From: Salinivirgaceae bacterium
Lineage (GTDB): Bacteria > Bacteroidota > Bacteroidia > Bacteroidales > SZUA-534
NCBI GenBank assembly: GCA_016342715.1
Contig: JAEINW010000005.1
Location: 1-60,497 of the forward strand
DNA: 60,497 bases
Direction of reading: 5' to 3'
Below, in pieces: positions 27,482-37,838 of the stretch (positions are counted from its first letter, which is position 1; every line of letters begins with the position of its first letter). Below the pieces are notes generated by a model that worked only from the letters and a program-made list of their open reading frames with translations, was not told where the DNA came from and did no database searches. Position numbers and translations under genes: made by a program.

Positions 27482-29875
27482 CTAATATAACTTAGGATAG
27501 CTATTGGGTTTTGCTTCGTGCATCATGCCATAAATAGTTTCAAAAACATCTTCCGCATTTGGATTTGAAATGTAATCGCCATCGGTTGCAAATGCCGGAC
27601 GGTGATCTTTTGCTGTCAATGTTTTTGGCGCAGAGTCTAAATGAAAATATGCTTTTTGATCTTCCAATACCTTTTTCATCATGTACGATGTAGCCCCACC
27701 AGGAACATCTTCGTCAAAGAAAAGTACACGGCCTGTTTTTTTAATCGATTCAACAATCATTTGATCAATATCAAAGGGCAACAAAGTTTGAACATCAATT
27801 AATTCGACATTAATATTAAAATCTTTTAATTGAGATACAGCATCTTGTGCAATTCGCACACACGAACCATAGGTTACTAAGGTAACATCGCTACCAATGT
27901 TTAATATTTCTGGTTTTCCTAATGGAATTTTATACTCACCAATATTGTCGGGCTTTTTCTCTTTTAATCGGTATCCATTTAAGGGCTCTATAACCAAGGC
28001 TGGATCTTCTCCTTCGAGCAAAGTGTTATACAAACCTGCGGCTTGGGTCATGTTTCGTGGAGCACAAACATACACTCCACGTATGGAATTTATCACCATA
28101 CTAAGGGGTGATCCGGAATGCCAAATGCCTTCTAGTCGATGGCCACGGGTTCTGATAATTAAAGGAGCCAATTGACCGCCTTTTGTTCTCCAAGCTAGAG
28201 TCGCTAAATCATCGCTTACAGGTTGTAATCCATATAATAGGTAATCAAAATATTGAATTTCAGCAATCGGACGCAATCCACGCATGGCCAATCCAATTCC
28301 TTGGCCAATTATGGTAGCTTCTCTAATTCCAGTATCGGTGACTCTTAATTCACCATATTTGGCTTGCATTCCTTCTAAGCTTTGGTTTACGCCACCAATT
28401 TTTCCAGTGTCCTCACCAAAGGTTACCAGTCGGGGTTCTTTTTCAAATAATTTATCAAAATTGTCTCGCAAAATCTCTCGTCCGTTTATTTCAATAGATT
28501 TCTCTGAATAAATAGGAGCTACTGGTTTAACTTTTAGCGCAGATTTATCGTAGTCATTATATAAAAAGGTACTATAGCGCTCTTGATTTATTTCGTAATT
28601 TCTAGCTAACCAAGTAGATAAATTTTCTTGTAATTCTTTTCTAATACTGCAGTCGGAACATACGTGGCGTAATATTTTCTTTGCGGTTGAAAAATTATCC
28701 TTTCTAACAGGAAAAGTGATGTTTCTTAGTTCATTTGCATATAGAGTTACCTTATCAATCCCTTCGCGTTTGCATTTGCACGTTTTCTTTTCAATGATAC
28801 TTAATAACTTATTCTTTTCATCAATAAGTGGAGATGTGAAGTCTTTCCAGGCTTTTTTGCGGGCGTTTTTTGCAACGGTTTCTGCTTCTTTTTCAATGGC
28901 TTCAAGTTCTTCTTTTGTTGCTATGTTTTCATTTATAATCCAATCATGCATTTTAAGAATTCCGTCGTACTCTTTTTCCCATTCCAAGCGTTCTTTTGTC
29001 TTGTAGCGCTCATGCGATCCAGATGTGGAATGACCTTGGGGCTGTGTAATTTCTTCAATATGAAATAATACTGGTTGGTGTTTCTCCCGACATTCTTTTA
29101 TACCTTTTTCATACAATTCAACCAATTCGTTGTATTGCCAACCTTTGCCTTTATATATTTTAACACCGGGGCTATCTTTCGTGGGTTGGATGCCGGATAA
29201 AAGTTCTGAAATGCTTTCTTTAGTGGTTTGGTATTTTTTACTAACCGAAATTCCATAACCATCGTCCCAAACAGATACTGCCATAGGTATTTGTAAAACT
29301 CCAGCAGCATTTATGGTTTCAAAGAAATGACCTTCCGATGTACTTGCATCGCCAATCATTCCAAAGGCCACCTCGTTACCATTTACTGAAAAATTATTCT
29401 TTTTATTCAACTCAGGATTGTTTCGATAGAGTTTTGAGGCATAAGCCAAACCAATTAATCTTGGCATTTGTCCAGCCGTTGGCGATAAATCGGCAGCTGT
29501 ATTTTTAAGTTGGGTTTGGTCTTTCCAATTTCCGTTTTCGTCAATGTATCGGTTGCCCCAATGATTGTTAAAGGAACGGCCAGCATTGCTGGGGTTATTT
29601 TTTATATCTGTATCGCCATACAATTGGGCAAAGAATTCTTCGGGGCTTGACATACCCGTAGCAAACATAAAAGTTTGATCGCGATAATACCCCGAACGCC
29701 AATCACCCTTTTTAAATTGTCTAGCGGCAGCAACCTGTGCAATTTCTTTTCCATCGCCAAATATGCCAAATTTTGCCTTGCCAGTTAGTACTTCACGGCG
29801 GCCAATTAAGCTTACTTGCCTGCTTATATTTGCAAGTTTATAATCGTCAAGAATTTCTTTTTTCGATAAGTTCAT
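27482..29875 (-). CDS. Fused alpha/beta E1 of 2-oxoacid (probably branched-chain) dehydrogenase
   Basis: TPP motif GDASTSEG, GHSTSGSHERY, DTGIREATIIG, AEIQYFDY, transketolase C-terminal domain. Confidence 0.9.
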   Translation of the reverse strand: MNLSKKEILDDYKLANISRQVSLIGRREVLTGKAKFGIFGDGKEIAQVAAARQFKKGDWRSGYYRDQTFMFATGMSSPEEFFAQLYGDTDIKNNPSNAGRSFNNHWGNRYIDENGNWKDQTQLKNTAADLSPTAGQMPRLIGLAYASKLYRNNPELNKKNNFSVNGNEVAFGMIGDASTSEGHFFETINAAGVLQIPMAVSVWDDGYGISVSKKYQTTKESISELLSGIQPTKDSPGVKIYKGKGWQYNELVELYEKGIKECREKHQPVLFHIEEITQPQGHSTSGSHERYKTKERLEWEKEYDGILKMHDWIINENIATKEELEAIEKEAETVAKNARKKAWKDFTSPLIDEKNKLLSIIEKKTCKCKREGIDKVTLYANELRNITFPVRKDNFSTAKKILRHVCSDCSIRKELQENLSTWLARNYEINQERYSTFLYNDYDKSALKVKPVAPIYSEKSIEINGREILRDNFDKLFEKEPRLVTFGEDTGKIGGVNQSLEGMQAKYGELRVTDTGIREATIIGQGIGLAMRGLRPIAEIQYFDYLLYGLQPVSDDLATLAWRTKGGQLAPLIIRTRGHRLEGIWHSGSPLSMVINSIRGVYVCAPRNMTQAAGLYNTLLEGEDPALVIEPLNGYRLKEKKPDNIGEYKIPLGKPEILNIGSDVTLVTYGSCVRIAQDAVSQLKDFNINVELIDVQTLLPFDIDQMIVESIKKTGRVLFFDEDVPGGATSYMMKKVLEDQKAYFHLDSAPKTLTAKDHRPAFATDGDYISNPNAEDVFETIYGMMHEAKPNSYPKLY

Positions 29876-30128
29876 AATATTTTATTAATCCTATGTAGTA
29901 AAAAGGCAATTAAGTATAGTGTTTATTTTTGCTTACAGTTATTTCGTTTCTAGAACGAATTTAAAGCTATTATTGTTCAGTGGTAAAAATATGTTTTGAA
30001 AGTATTTTCTTTTTAAAAAATAAAATATAGAGACTTTATATATCTAGAACTATAGATGTGTGAATATATGTGGTTAAATTTAGAAATTTTGAAAAACGAA
30101 ATGTTATCTTTGTAAAAAAATAAGTGTT

Positions 30129-30350
30129 ATGAAAGTTGTTTTGTTGGCTGTTGTGATATTGGGTATTGGTATTCTAGGGATGGCATTTAATATTGTTTTT
30201 AGGAAAAAGAAATTTCCAGAAACTCATGTAGGACAAAATAAAGAGATGCGTAAAAAAGGCATTGTATGCGCACAAACAATGGATAAGATGGAGCAGGCTA
30301 AAGCTAAAAAGCAGGCTCGATTTAAGAATGTTCGAATAATGAAAGCATAG
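30129..30350 (+). CDS. Small membrane-anchored protein
   Basis: N-terminal TM, FPETHVGQNKEMRKKGIVCA motif; TATCTTTG promoter at ~30105. Confidence 0.75.
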   Translation: MKVVLLAVVILGIGILGMAFNIVFRKKKFPETHVGQNKEMRKKGIVCAQTMDKMEQAKAKKQARFKNVRIMKA

Positions 30351-30401
30351 TTTTTATGAACATTATTTCATCTATTTCCTTATAGATTGAAAGATTAAAT
30401 C

Positions 30402-30560
30402 ATGCAAATACTTGTTTCAATAATAGTTTTGGCAATAGTAATGGGTGGATTATTTCTAATCACTCTCAGCAGGGGCGAAGGAAAAGAATTAAAAAAATCG
30501 TGTGCCTGTGCCATTCCAACGCCTAAGGGTGAAAAGGGAATGGGTTGTGGTTGTTCCTAA
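30402..30560 (+). CDS. 52-aa Cys-rich single-TM protein (NqrM-like / FeoB-associated Cys-rich-like), below ORF-track cutoff
   Basis: MQILVSIIVLAIVMGGLFLITLSRGEGKELKKSCACAIPTPKGEKGMGCGCS. Confidence 0.65.
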   Translation: MQILVSIIVLAIVMGGLFLITLSRGEGKELKKSCACAIPTPKGEKGMGCGCS

Positions 30561-30567
30561 ATTATTT

Positions 30568-32907
30568 TTAGTATTCATAAGTCTCATAGGCATATCCATA
30601 ACCATATGCTTTCTTGCCAGTTTCCATAAAATTTGTAACCAAATTAAGGTTTTTAATTTTTTTACTATCAAGACCTTTAATTAAATTTGATAACTGATTT
30701 TTTCGGGTATAATCATATCTTATTACACATAAATTTATATCAGAAAATTTACTTAACACATATCCCTCAGAAATTATTCCAATGGGAGGCGTATCAATTA
30801 TTATATAGTCATATATTTTTTTCAATTCTTGAAATAGTGTTTCAGTTTTTTCTGAAGCAACCAATTCTGAGGGATTTGGAGGAATTGTACCCGTTTGAAT
30901 AATTGATAAGTTTTCAATTTCAGAGGGTTGGATTATTTCATTAAGAGGTATCTTACCAATTAAATAATTTGTTAAGCCAAAATTGACTTTTGGAATATTA
31001 AAGAAGAGCTTTGGTTTTCTTAGATCGAACATAACAAGAACAGTGTTTTTTCCATTTATTGCCAAACTATGAGCTAAATTATTTGAAATAAAGCTTTTCC
31101 CTTCGCCTTGCATAGTTGATGAAACCAGTATTACTTGTGGTCCGGAATGTTTTTTTGCAAAATCTAAATTTGTGCGTAACATTCGGAATGACTCAGCTAT
31201 TTGTGATTTCGGATTCGAGAATACAATATTAGAATCTTTTATTTTTTGCTTGATTATGTGTCCAAGTATTGGAAGACTTGTTTCTTTTTCAATATCGCTA
31301 TCCATAATTATTTTACTATTTAAATAGTATTTCAAGTAAATAAAAATGCCAGGGATAAGAATTCCAATAATAAAACCAATCAAATAGTTCAATTTGTTAT
31401 TTACGCCAGTCATTTTATAATTTGATGGTCGTGCAATGTCAATAACTTCGTTCATTGGAATATTAGATGCTTTGGCCAATAAGGTTTCTGATCTTTTTTG
31501 TAATAAGAAAGTGTAGATGTTATCGAAAATTTTGAAGCTTCGTTCATAATTGAACAAGGCTCGCTGAGTTTTGGGTATATTATTTATTTGCAACAATACT
31601 TTATCTATTCTTGAACTTAGTTCGGTAAGGGTTAAGTCTAGATTTTTATTTTCGTTTTGTACATATTCTTGAATTACCGACTTTGAACTTTCAATTTTTG
31701 CTACCAGCGAGTTTTTGTAGGGATTCTCTTTATTATTATCAAATTTTATATTATTGAGTTCGCCTTGTTGATTGATTAAATTTGCAATTTGCGAATTAAG
31801 AATTGGATTGTTTATATTCATTAACGAGGGAGCAATAATTTCGTTAACCTCATTTTTTTTATCGAGGGTTTCAAATAAATAAGTGTAATATTTTTTTTTG
31901 ATCAGGGCTTCCGCTTTTTGGTTTTGAAGCGTCCCTAGCTTTTCGAACATAGCTTGCGATTGAAAATCAATATTCAATGCACTTTTGGTGGATTGAAAAT
32001 TCTGTAAACTTTTTTCAGATTTGTACAATGAATCATTTATCTCTGATAAATGATTATCGATAAAATCAAGGGATTTTTCGGCAACTCTATTTTTTGTGGA
32101 GAGTTCTTTATTTAAATATTCTTCGGTGAGTTTATTTAAAAAGGTAACCGCTTTGTACAGATTATTATGCTCAAGCGAAACTCTAATAATTGATGATTTA
32201 TCGACAATCTCAAAATTAATTTGTGAAAATTCATTTACTATTTGATTCAGACTATTAAAAGTAAAATAGAAGTTTTGCTTAGGAAGGTTGCTGTTCGTAT
32301 GATTTATGATTATTTTAAATCGAAAGGCATCGGATTCAATCCATTCCTTGTTTTTAATAATTTTTGAATGGCTTGGTATCGTTTTGAATTCAGTAATTTG
32401 ATTTGTTTTATAATCATAGCATTTAACCAATGCTTCATCCCAAAACAATTCTATGGAATCGGAAGCATGAAATATAACATTAAATTTGAAATTGATGGGC
32501 TGTAAGTAATTGGAGTCTATGATTACAGTAAATGGATGTTTTTCATATATTTCGTTTGAAAAATATTTCAACTGTTCAAAATACGAAACATTCAGTTGGA
32601 GTTTTTCAACAACCTGCTTAATAAGTGTATATGATTGCAAAATTTCAATTTCATTTTGAATTTTATTCTTATTTTCATATAAATCTAATCCTAAAATTAC
32701 CTGAGGGTCAAGCGCAGTTTTATTGTCATTAATTAGTAAGGTTGTTGAAACCTTATAGCTTGGTTTTTGAAATTTATTAATAAAAAAAACTATTATAGTT
32801 GAAAGAATTATACCAATTAGGAACAACTCCCAATGTCGCCAGATTTTAAAAAAAACTTCTTTAAAATCTATGGTTTCTTCAGAAAAAGTATCTTGGTTAT
32901 ACATCAA
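30568..32907 (-). CDS. wzc: Second Wzc-type tyrosine autokinase
   Basis: AESFRMLRTNL, GEGKS, FDLRKP, IDTPP, C-terminal YGYGYAYETYEY. Confidence 0.88.
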   Translation of the reverse strand: MMYNQDTFSEETIDFKEVFFKIWRHWELFLIGIILSTIIVFFINKFQKPSYKVSTTLLINDNKTALDPQVILGLDLYENKNKIQNEIEILQSYTLIKQVVEKLQLNVSYFEQLKYFSNEIYEKHPFTVIIDSNYLQPINFKFNVIFHASDSIELFWDEALVKCYDYKTNQITEFKTIPSHSKIIKNKEWIESDAFRFKIIINHTNSNLPKQNFYFTFNSLNQIVNEFSQINFEIVDKSSIIRVSLEHNNLYKAVTFLNKLTEEYLNKELSTKNRVAEKSLDFIDNHLSEINDSLYKSEKSLQNFQSTKSALNIDFQSQAMFEKLGTLQNQKAEALIKKKYYTYLFETLDKKNEVNEIIAPSLMNINNPILNSQIANLINQQGELNNIKFDNNKENPYKNSLVAKIESSKSVIQEYVQNENKNLDLTLTELSSRIDKVLLQINNIPKTQRALFNYERSFKIFDNIYTFLLQKRSETLLAKASNIPMNEVIDIARPSNYKMTGVNNKLNYLIGFIIGILIPGIFIYLKYYLNSKIIMDSDIEKETSLPILGHIIKQKIKDSNIVFSNPKSQIAESFRMLRTNLDFAKKHSGPQVILVSSTMQGEGKSFISNNLAHSLAINGKNTVLVMFDLRKPKLFFNIPKVNFGLTNYLIGKIPLNEIIQPSEIENLSIIQTGTIPPNPSELVASEKTETLFQELKKIYDYIIIDTPPIGIISEGYVLSKFSDINLCVIRYDYTRKNQLSNLIKGLDSKKIKNLNLVTNFMETGKKAYGYGYAYETYEY

Positions 32908-32908
32908 T

Positions 32909-33670
32909 TTACATGGTTATTGCTAAAACTGCTATTACAATAGAAATGGTTGAAATGAATAATCCATAAGGCATTTTTTCATAGGTATATGATTTACTTT
33001 TTAGTGATGGAACATATATAACATCGTTTGGCATTAAGTAAAAATAGTCTGAAGATAAAATATTTTTATCTTGCAAATTCAACTGAACAGTTTCTGAACC
33101 AGTAGATGTTTGACGAACCAAAGTAATGTCGGCTCTATTTGCATAATCTTTGAAGCCTCCACAAATTGCAACAGCCTCTAAAACATTAATTTGTTCTTCA
33201 GGAACATTAAATTTTGAGGGGTCTTCTACCTCGCCTAAAACAGAAACAACATAACTTACCATTTTTACCGATACGGTAACATCCTTAAAAAAAGTGTTCA
33301 TAGTGGTTTGTAATTGTTTTTGCACCTGTTCAACGCTTAAGTCTTTAACATACATTTTGTCAATAAATGAAAAGGTTAAATAACCATCTTCGTTAACAAC
33401 ATAACTGTTTAAATACAGGTATGTTTGGTTCATTAATGTTGGAAGATTCGATTGAAAGTATGCACTGGTGGCTTTATCGGTACTGTAAATATTAATATAA
33501 ATATTATCTCCAGATTGAATTTTATAAGCCGTTTTTTTTGTGTTTGCGAACTGAGTTTCTGCTGAATTTGAATCTTGAAGAATCCAGGTTTTTTGTTGCC
33601 TTATGCACGATGAAAATAGCAACGCTCCAATAATTATTACATAAATAATCTTTGTTTTTAAAGCTTTCAT
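32909..33670 (-). CDS. wza: Second Wza/OPX polysaccharide export lipoprotein
   Basis: Lipobox FSSC; YKIQSGD, VSVLGEVEDP, LMPNDVIYVP. Confidence 0.87.
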   Translation of the reverse strand: MKALKTKIIYVIIIGALLFSSCIRQQKTWILQDSNSAETQFANTKKTAYKIQSGDNIYINIYSTDKATSAYFQSNLPTLMNQTYLYLNSYVVNEDGYLTFSFIDKMYVKDLSVEQVQKQLQTTMNTFFKDVTVSVKMVSYVVSVLGEVEDPSKFNVPEEQINVLEAVAICGGFKDYANRADITLVRQTSTGSETVQLNLQDKNILSSDYFYLMPNDVIYVPSLKSKSYTYEKMPYGLFISTISIVIAVLAITM

Positions 33671-33690
33671 ATCAATAATAGTTTAATTTA

Positions 33691-35301
33691 TTAATCTTTT
33701 TTTGAATCTGCCCATAAATCAATTTTTTCACCATTTCTGTAGGCAACTATAAATGCACCAGGAACCCCACATTTTCTGCGTGCAAAATTTGCAGGCCAAA
33801 ATCTTTTGAAATTTCCAAACGAATATTTATGCCAACCATCTTCGTACAAATAATTTATAGGAACTTTGCCACTATATATTTCTTTAAGAGTATTATTGTC
33901 AAGCGGTACTTTGTCTGCGGCTATTTGAATAACAATAATCGTTTTGTTTGAGCTTAAACTTTTTAAATCGATAAAGTCTAAAGGTGGAATACTTCCTTTT
34001 TCTGCGTGAACATATTTTAAGTAATATTTAACCTTTTTTCCATCTTTATAGGCCATTACAAAAGCATCAGATACCATCGATTCTTTTTTTATTCCAACAG
34101 CTTCTCTAAGGGTTGAGCATTCCGCAATATAATATTTATACCAACCTTCTTCTTGGAACATTTGTATTTTTCTGGGGCCATTATATATTTTTGCTAATTT
34201 ATTTTCAGACAAAGGTACATTATCAGCAGCTATTTGAACTCGGAACACCAAGTTGGCCCTTGAGTTGCTATTTATTGGTGTATAGTCTTGATTTCGTGTT
34301 TCATGGGATGACTCAGTGTTATTGCTTGTCTCATCAGTTGAATTTTGTTCTGTTTTCGCATTATTTTGTTCATTGTTTTTTGAAGTGGAAATTTGGGCAT
34401 TTATTTGCTTTTCTGGTTCTTTATATTGCACCTTAGTGTCAATCGCAACCATATCATCAACTGTATTGAAGGCGGTTGAATCATCCAAAACAATATCAAA
34501 CGCTTCTTCTTCGTATAGATATGCATTCCACCTATCTATAAGATTGTCCAAATCATAGGAATATATATTATAAAAACTGTTTGTTGTGTCCTCTTCATAA
34601 TTACTTATAGCAAGCTGAATTGATTCTACTATTTCATTATTTATGATGACATTTGCATAGGTAATATCGCTTTCAACGTGTGGAATATCATTTTTAATAG
34701 ATGTATTTTCAGTGCTTAAATTGCTTGAATATCCCTTTTTTATGAGATAGGTCTTACTAGCCAGTGAGTAAAATGTAAAAAATTGTTTTGCATTTAAATG
34801 TATTAAATCCCATGAGTTATCATTTTTTTGCAAAATGAGTATCATTGAAATCGTGTCTTCTGTATTTTCTAATTCATTTGTTGTTAATGTTAGTTTTTTG
34901 TATTCGTCCTGTATGAACATAACATTCAAATCTAAACTTAATTTGAATTCTTGAATGGAATCAATGGAGTACTTTGTGCCATTAACATATGCGGTGTAAA
35001 TATCAGATAGTTTTTGTTTTAGAAGGAGTCTATTGTTGAGAGTTTCAAAAATTTCTCTTGAAATAGGTATGGTGTAAATATCTTGAGCAATACTATCAAA
35101 AAATGTGGTAGCAAAATAATTAAAAATCGCAATATCTGTTTGGGAAAGTTCTTCTTCAATTGTTATTATTTCTTGTTTATCGGCATCTTCAAATTCATCA
35201 ATCCAATTATTGTTCGACTGGGAATAACTATTGATACCAATAATTAATTGTAAAAAAATGAAAACAATGCACCTCACAAGGATGTTTCTTTTTATTAGCA
35301 T
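33691..35301 (-). CDS. Exported protein with two C-terminal SPOR-like repeats
   Basis: Signal peptide; FRVQIAA...GWYKY...DAFVMAYKDG and VIQIAA...GWHKY...GAFIVAYRNG. Confidence 0.65.
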   Translation of the reverse strand: MLIKRNILVRCIVFIFLQLIIGINSYSQSNNNWIDEFEDADKQEIITIEEELSQTDIAIFNYFATTFFDSIAQDIYTIPISREIFETLNNRLLLKQKLSDIYTAYVNGTKYSIDSIQEFKLSLDLNVMFIQDEYKKLTLTTNELENTEDTISMILILQKNDNSWDLIHLNAKQFFTFYSLASKTYLIKKGYSSNLSTENTSIKNDIPHVESDITYANVIINNEIVESIQLAISNYEEDTTNSFYNIYSYDLDNLIDRWNAYLYEEEAFDIVLDDSTAFNTVDDMVAIDTKVQYKEPEKQINAQISTSKNNEQNNAKTEQNSTDETSNNTESSHETRNQDYTPINSNSRANLVFRVQIAADNVPLSENKLAKIYNGPRKIQMFQEEGWYKYYIAECSTLREAVGIKKESMVSDAFVMAYKDGKKVKYYLKYVHAEKGSIPPLDFIDLKSLSSNKTIIVIQIAADKVPLDNNTLKEIYSGKVPINYLYEDGWHKYSFGNFKRFWPANFARRKCGVPGAFIVAYRNGEKIDLWADSKKD

Positions 35302-35427
35302 AAAAAAAGTTTATTTGGATTTTATAAACTTTAGAAACTCGTTGTAACAAATATATGTTAATAAATCATGTTTTCCTATTGAGTTATATTATATCAACTC
35401 ATAGGGTGATGACAAACAATCCAGATG

Positions 35428-36432
35428 CTATTGTGGGGTTATAGCACGTTTGAAGTTATTTGATGCGTAGGTATTAAATTCTTGAGAGGAGTCGGAATAT
35501 ATTAAGTAAACATCTATGAAATCTAGTTTTTCCGATAATTCGATACTCTTTTCAAGCCCCATTACCATAAAAGCGGTTGCAAATGCATCGGCAGTCATGC
35601 AATCATCGGCTAATACCGAAGCGCTTAATAAATTACTTCGTGCCGGAAAACCCGTTTTTGGATTTATGGTATGAGAATATTTTACACCCGCTTTTTCATA
35701 GTATTGGCGATAATTGCCCGATGTGGCAAGGCTTTTGTTTTTCAAACCAACTACTTCCTGCAATTCTCTATTGCTTAGCTCTTTATCTTCAATGGGTTTG
35801 TCAATTCCAATGCGCCAGTATTTGCCTTTTGCATTTTTTCCACGGGCTCTAACTTCACCACCAATTTCAACCATGTAATTATTAACTCCATGAGCTTCAA
35901 TTACTTTTGCTGCAACATCAACTCCAAAGCCTTTTGCTATGGCACTTACATCGAGTTTAATGCCTTGAATTTCTTTAATTATTTTATGATTTTCAAGTCT
36001 TATTTTATGATAGCCTACAAAGAGCATGAGCGAATCAATTTTAGCACTGTCGGCATGGGTCGATTCATCGAAACCAAAACCCCAGGCATTTACTACCGGA
36101 GCTACTGTTATGTCAAAGGCTCCATTGGTAATTGCCGCTATTTCTTGCGAACGTAAAAAGCATTGTTCAAAATAGGTGTCACAGGTAACTTCACGATCGT
36201 TGTTATTAATTCTGCTTATGATAGAATTCGGATCGTAATTACTTAATGAATTATTAAAAACCTTTAATTCGGCTAATATATCGTCTTGAATATTTTTACC
36301 AGAAGGGTGTTCATATATAAAACTATAGGATGTTCCAAAAATGAAACCTTGGTTTTTTATGTATTCCGATTGGTTTGAACATGAAAAAAGAAATAGGGAG
36401 ACAATAATTAGGAGAATATTTTGCTTTTTCAT
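35428..36432 (-). CDS. apbE: FAD:protein FMN transferase
   Basis: Lipobox; GAFDITV, AIAKGFGVD, VEIGGE, ATSGNYR, HTINPKTG, ADAFATA; ATG at 36432 preferred. Confidence 0.94.
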   Translation of the reverse strand: MKKQNILLIIVSLFLFSCSNQSEYIKNQGFIFGTSYSFIYEHPSGKNIQDDILAELKVFNNSLSNYDPNSIISRINNNDREVTCDTYFEQCFLRSQEIAAITNGAFDITVAPVVNAWGFGFDESTHADSAKIDSLMLFVGYHKIRLENHKIIKEIQGIKLDVSAIAKGFGVDVAAKVIEAHGVNNYMVEIGGEVRARGKNAKGKYWRIGIDKPIEDKELSNRELQEVVGLKNKSLATSGNYRQYYEKAGVKYSHTINPKTGFPARSNLLSASVLADDCMTADAFATAFMVMGLEKSIELSEKLDFIDVYLIYSDSSQEFNTYASNNFKRAITPQ

Positions 36433-36525
36433 AGTTGGAATTGTTTTAGCCACGAAGATCATGAATAATTTAAAAATAATCAAGGGTGTATTTATGATTA
36501 TTCCGTTTTATAAGGGCTTATAAAT

Positions 36526-36554
36526 AAAAAAAACCGCTCATAAAATGAGCGGTT
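36526..36554 (-). terminator. Intrinsic terminator of nqr operon
   Basis: AACCGCTCAT-3 nt-ATGAGCGGTT hairpin followed by a U-tract on the minus strand. Confidence 0.8.
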
Positions 36555-36560
36555 GAAATA

Positions 36561-37820
36561 TTATGATCCAAAGTCATCGAAGGCAACCATTTCATCTGGT
36601 ACTCCCATATCGTACAGCATTTTATTAACTGCATCATTCATCATTGGAGGTCCGCATAAGTAGTATTCAATATCTTCAGGTTCTTCATGTTTAGTTAAGT
36701 ATTTATCTAGAATAACCTGATGGATAAATCCAGTAGGTCCTTCCCAATTATCTTCAGGCAATGGTTCTGATAACGCCAAATGCCATTCGAAATTTGGAAA
36801 TTCTGCAGCAAGAGCATCAAATTCTTCCTTATAAAAAACCTCTTTCATAGAGCGAGCTCCATACCAGAAAGTGGCTTTTCTTCCAGTTTTAGCTGTCTTA
36901 AATAAATCGAAAATATGAGAACGCATGGGAGCCATTCCAGCACCACCGCCAATAAACATCATCTCGTTTTGTGTATCTTTAATAAAGAATTCACCATAAG
37001 GTCCTGATACTGTGACTTTATCGCCAGGTTTACGTGAGAAAATGTAAGAAGAACAAATTCCTGAATTTACTTTCATGAAATCATTTTTATTTCTATCCCA
37101 AGGTGGAGTAGCAATACGGATGTTCAACATTACAATGTTTCCTTCAGCTGGATGATTGGCCATAGAATAAGCACGATAAGTTGGTTCTGGGTTTTTCATA
37201 TGTAATTTGAAAATACCCATTTTTTCCCAATCTTCGCGGTATTCGTCTTCAATAATCATGTCCTTAAAGTCAACATTAATTTTAGGAACATCAATTTGAA
37301 TATATCCACCGGATTTAAAATCAAGAGTTTCACCTTCAGGTAGTTTAACAACAAATTCTTTAATAAATGTGGCAACGTTATGGTTTGAAATCACTTCGCA
37401 TTCCCATTTTTTGATGCCCAAAATTTCTTTGTGAACACGCATGTTAATGTTGTCTTTCACTTTTACCTGACAAGCTAAACGCCAATTGTTCTGAGCTTCT
37501 TTTCTGGTAAAGTAACCGGTTTCGGTAGGTAAAATTGACCCTGCACCATCGTCAACCTGACATTTACACATGGCACAAGTACCACCACCGCCACAAGCCG
37601 AGGGTAAAAATATTTTATTTTGACCTAAAGTGCTTAATAGAGTGCTTCCTGGCTCAACTACCATCTCTTTTTCACCATCATTAATACTAATAGTGACTTC
37701 TCCAGAAGGCATTAGTTTCTTTTTTGCATAAAGCAATATGGAAACTAAAAGCAACAGAACTAATAGGAAAATTCCAATACTAGATCCGATAATTAAACCA
37801 CTTGCTGCTAATATTATCAT
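36561..37820 (-). CDS. nqrF: Na+-translocating NADH:quinone reductase subunit F
   Basis: SACGGGGTCAMC 2Fe-2S motif, RAYSMAN, GGGAGMAPMRSH, YLCGPPMM, FDDFG. Confidence 0.97.
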   Translation of the reverse strand: MIILAASGLIIGSSIGIFLLVLLLLVSILLYAKKKLMPSGEVTISINDGEKEMVVEPGSTLLSTLGQNKIFLPSACGGGGTCAMCKCQVDDGAGSILPTETGYFTRKEAQNNWRLACQVKVKDNINMRVHKEILGIKKWECEVISNHNVATFIKEFVVKLPEGETLDFKSGGYIQIDVPKINVDFKDMIIEDEYREDWEKMGIFKLHMKNPEPTYRAYSMANHPAEGNIVMLNIRIATPPWDRNKNDFMKVNSGICSSYIFSRKPGDKVTVSGPYGEFFIKDTQNEMMFIGGGAGMAPMRSHIFDLFKTAKTGRKATFWYGARSMKEVFYKEEFDALAAEFPNFEWHLALSEPLPEDNWEGPTGFIHQVILDKYLTKHEEPEDIEYYLCGPPMMNDAVNKMLYDMGVPDEMVAFDDFGS

Positions 37821-37838
37821 AATTAAAATTTTTCTAGG

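Noticed and set aside
30489-30684. 60-aa ORFs on both strands
   Set aside because: Shadows of the 30402-30560 microprotein and the wzc 3' end
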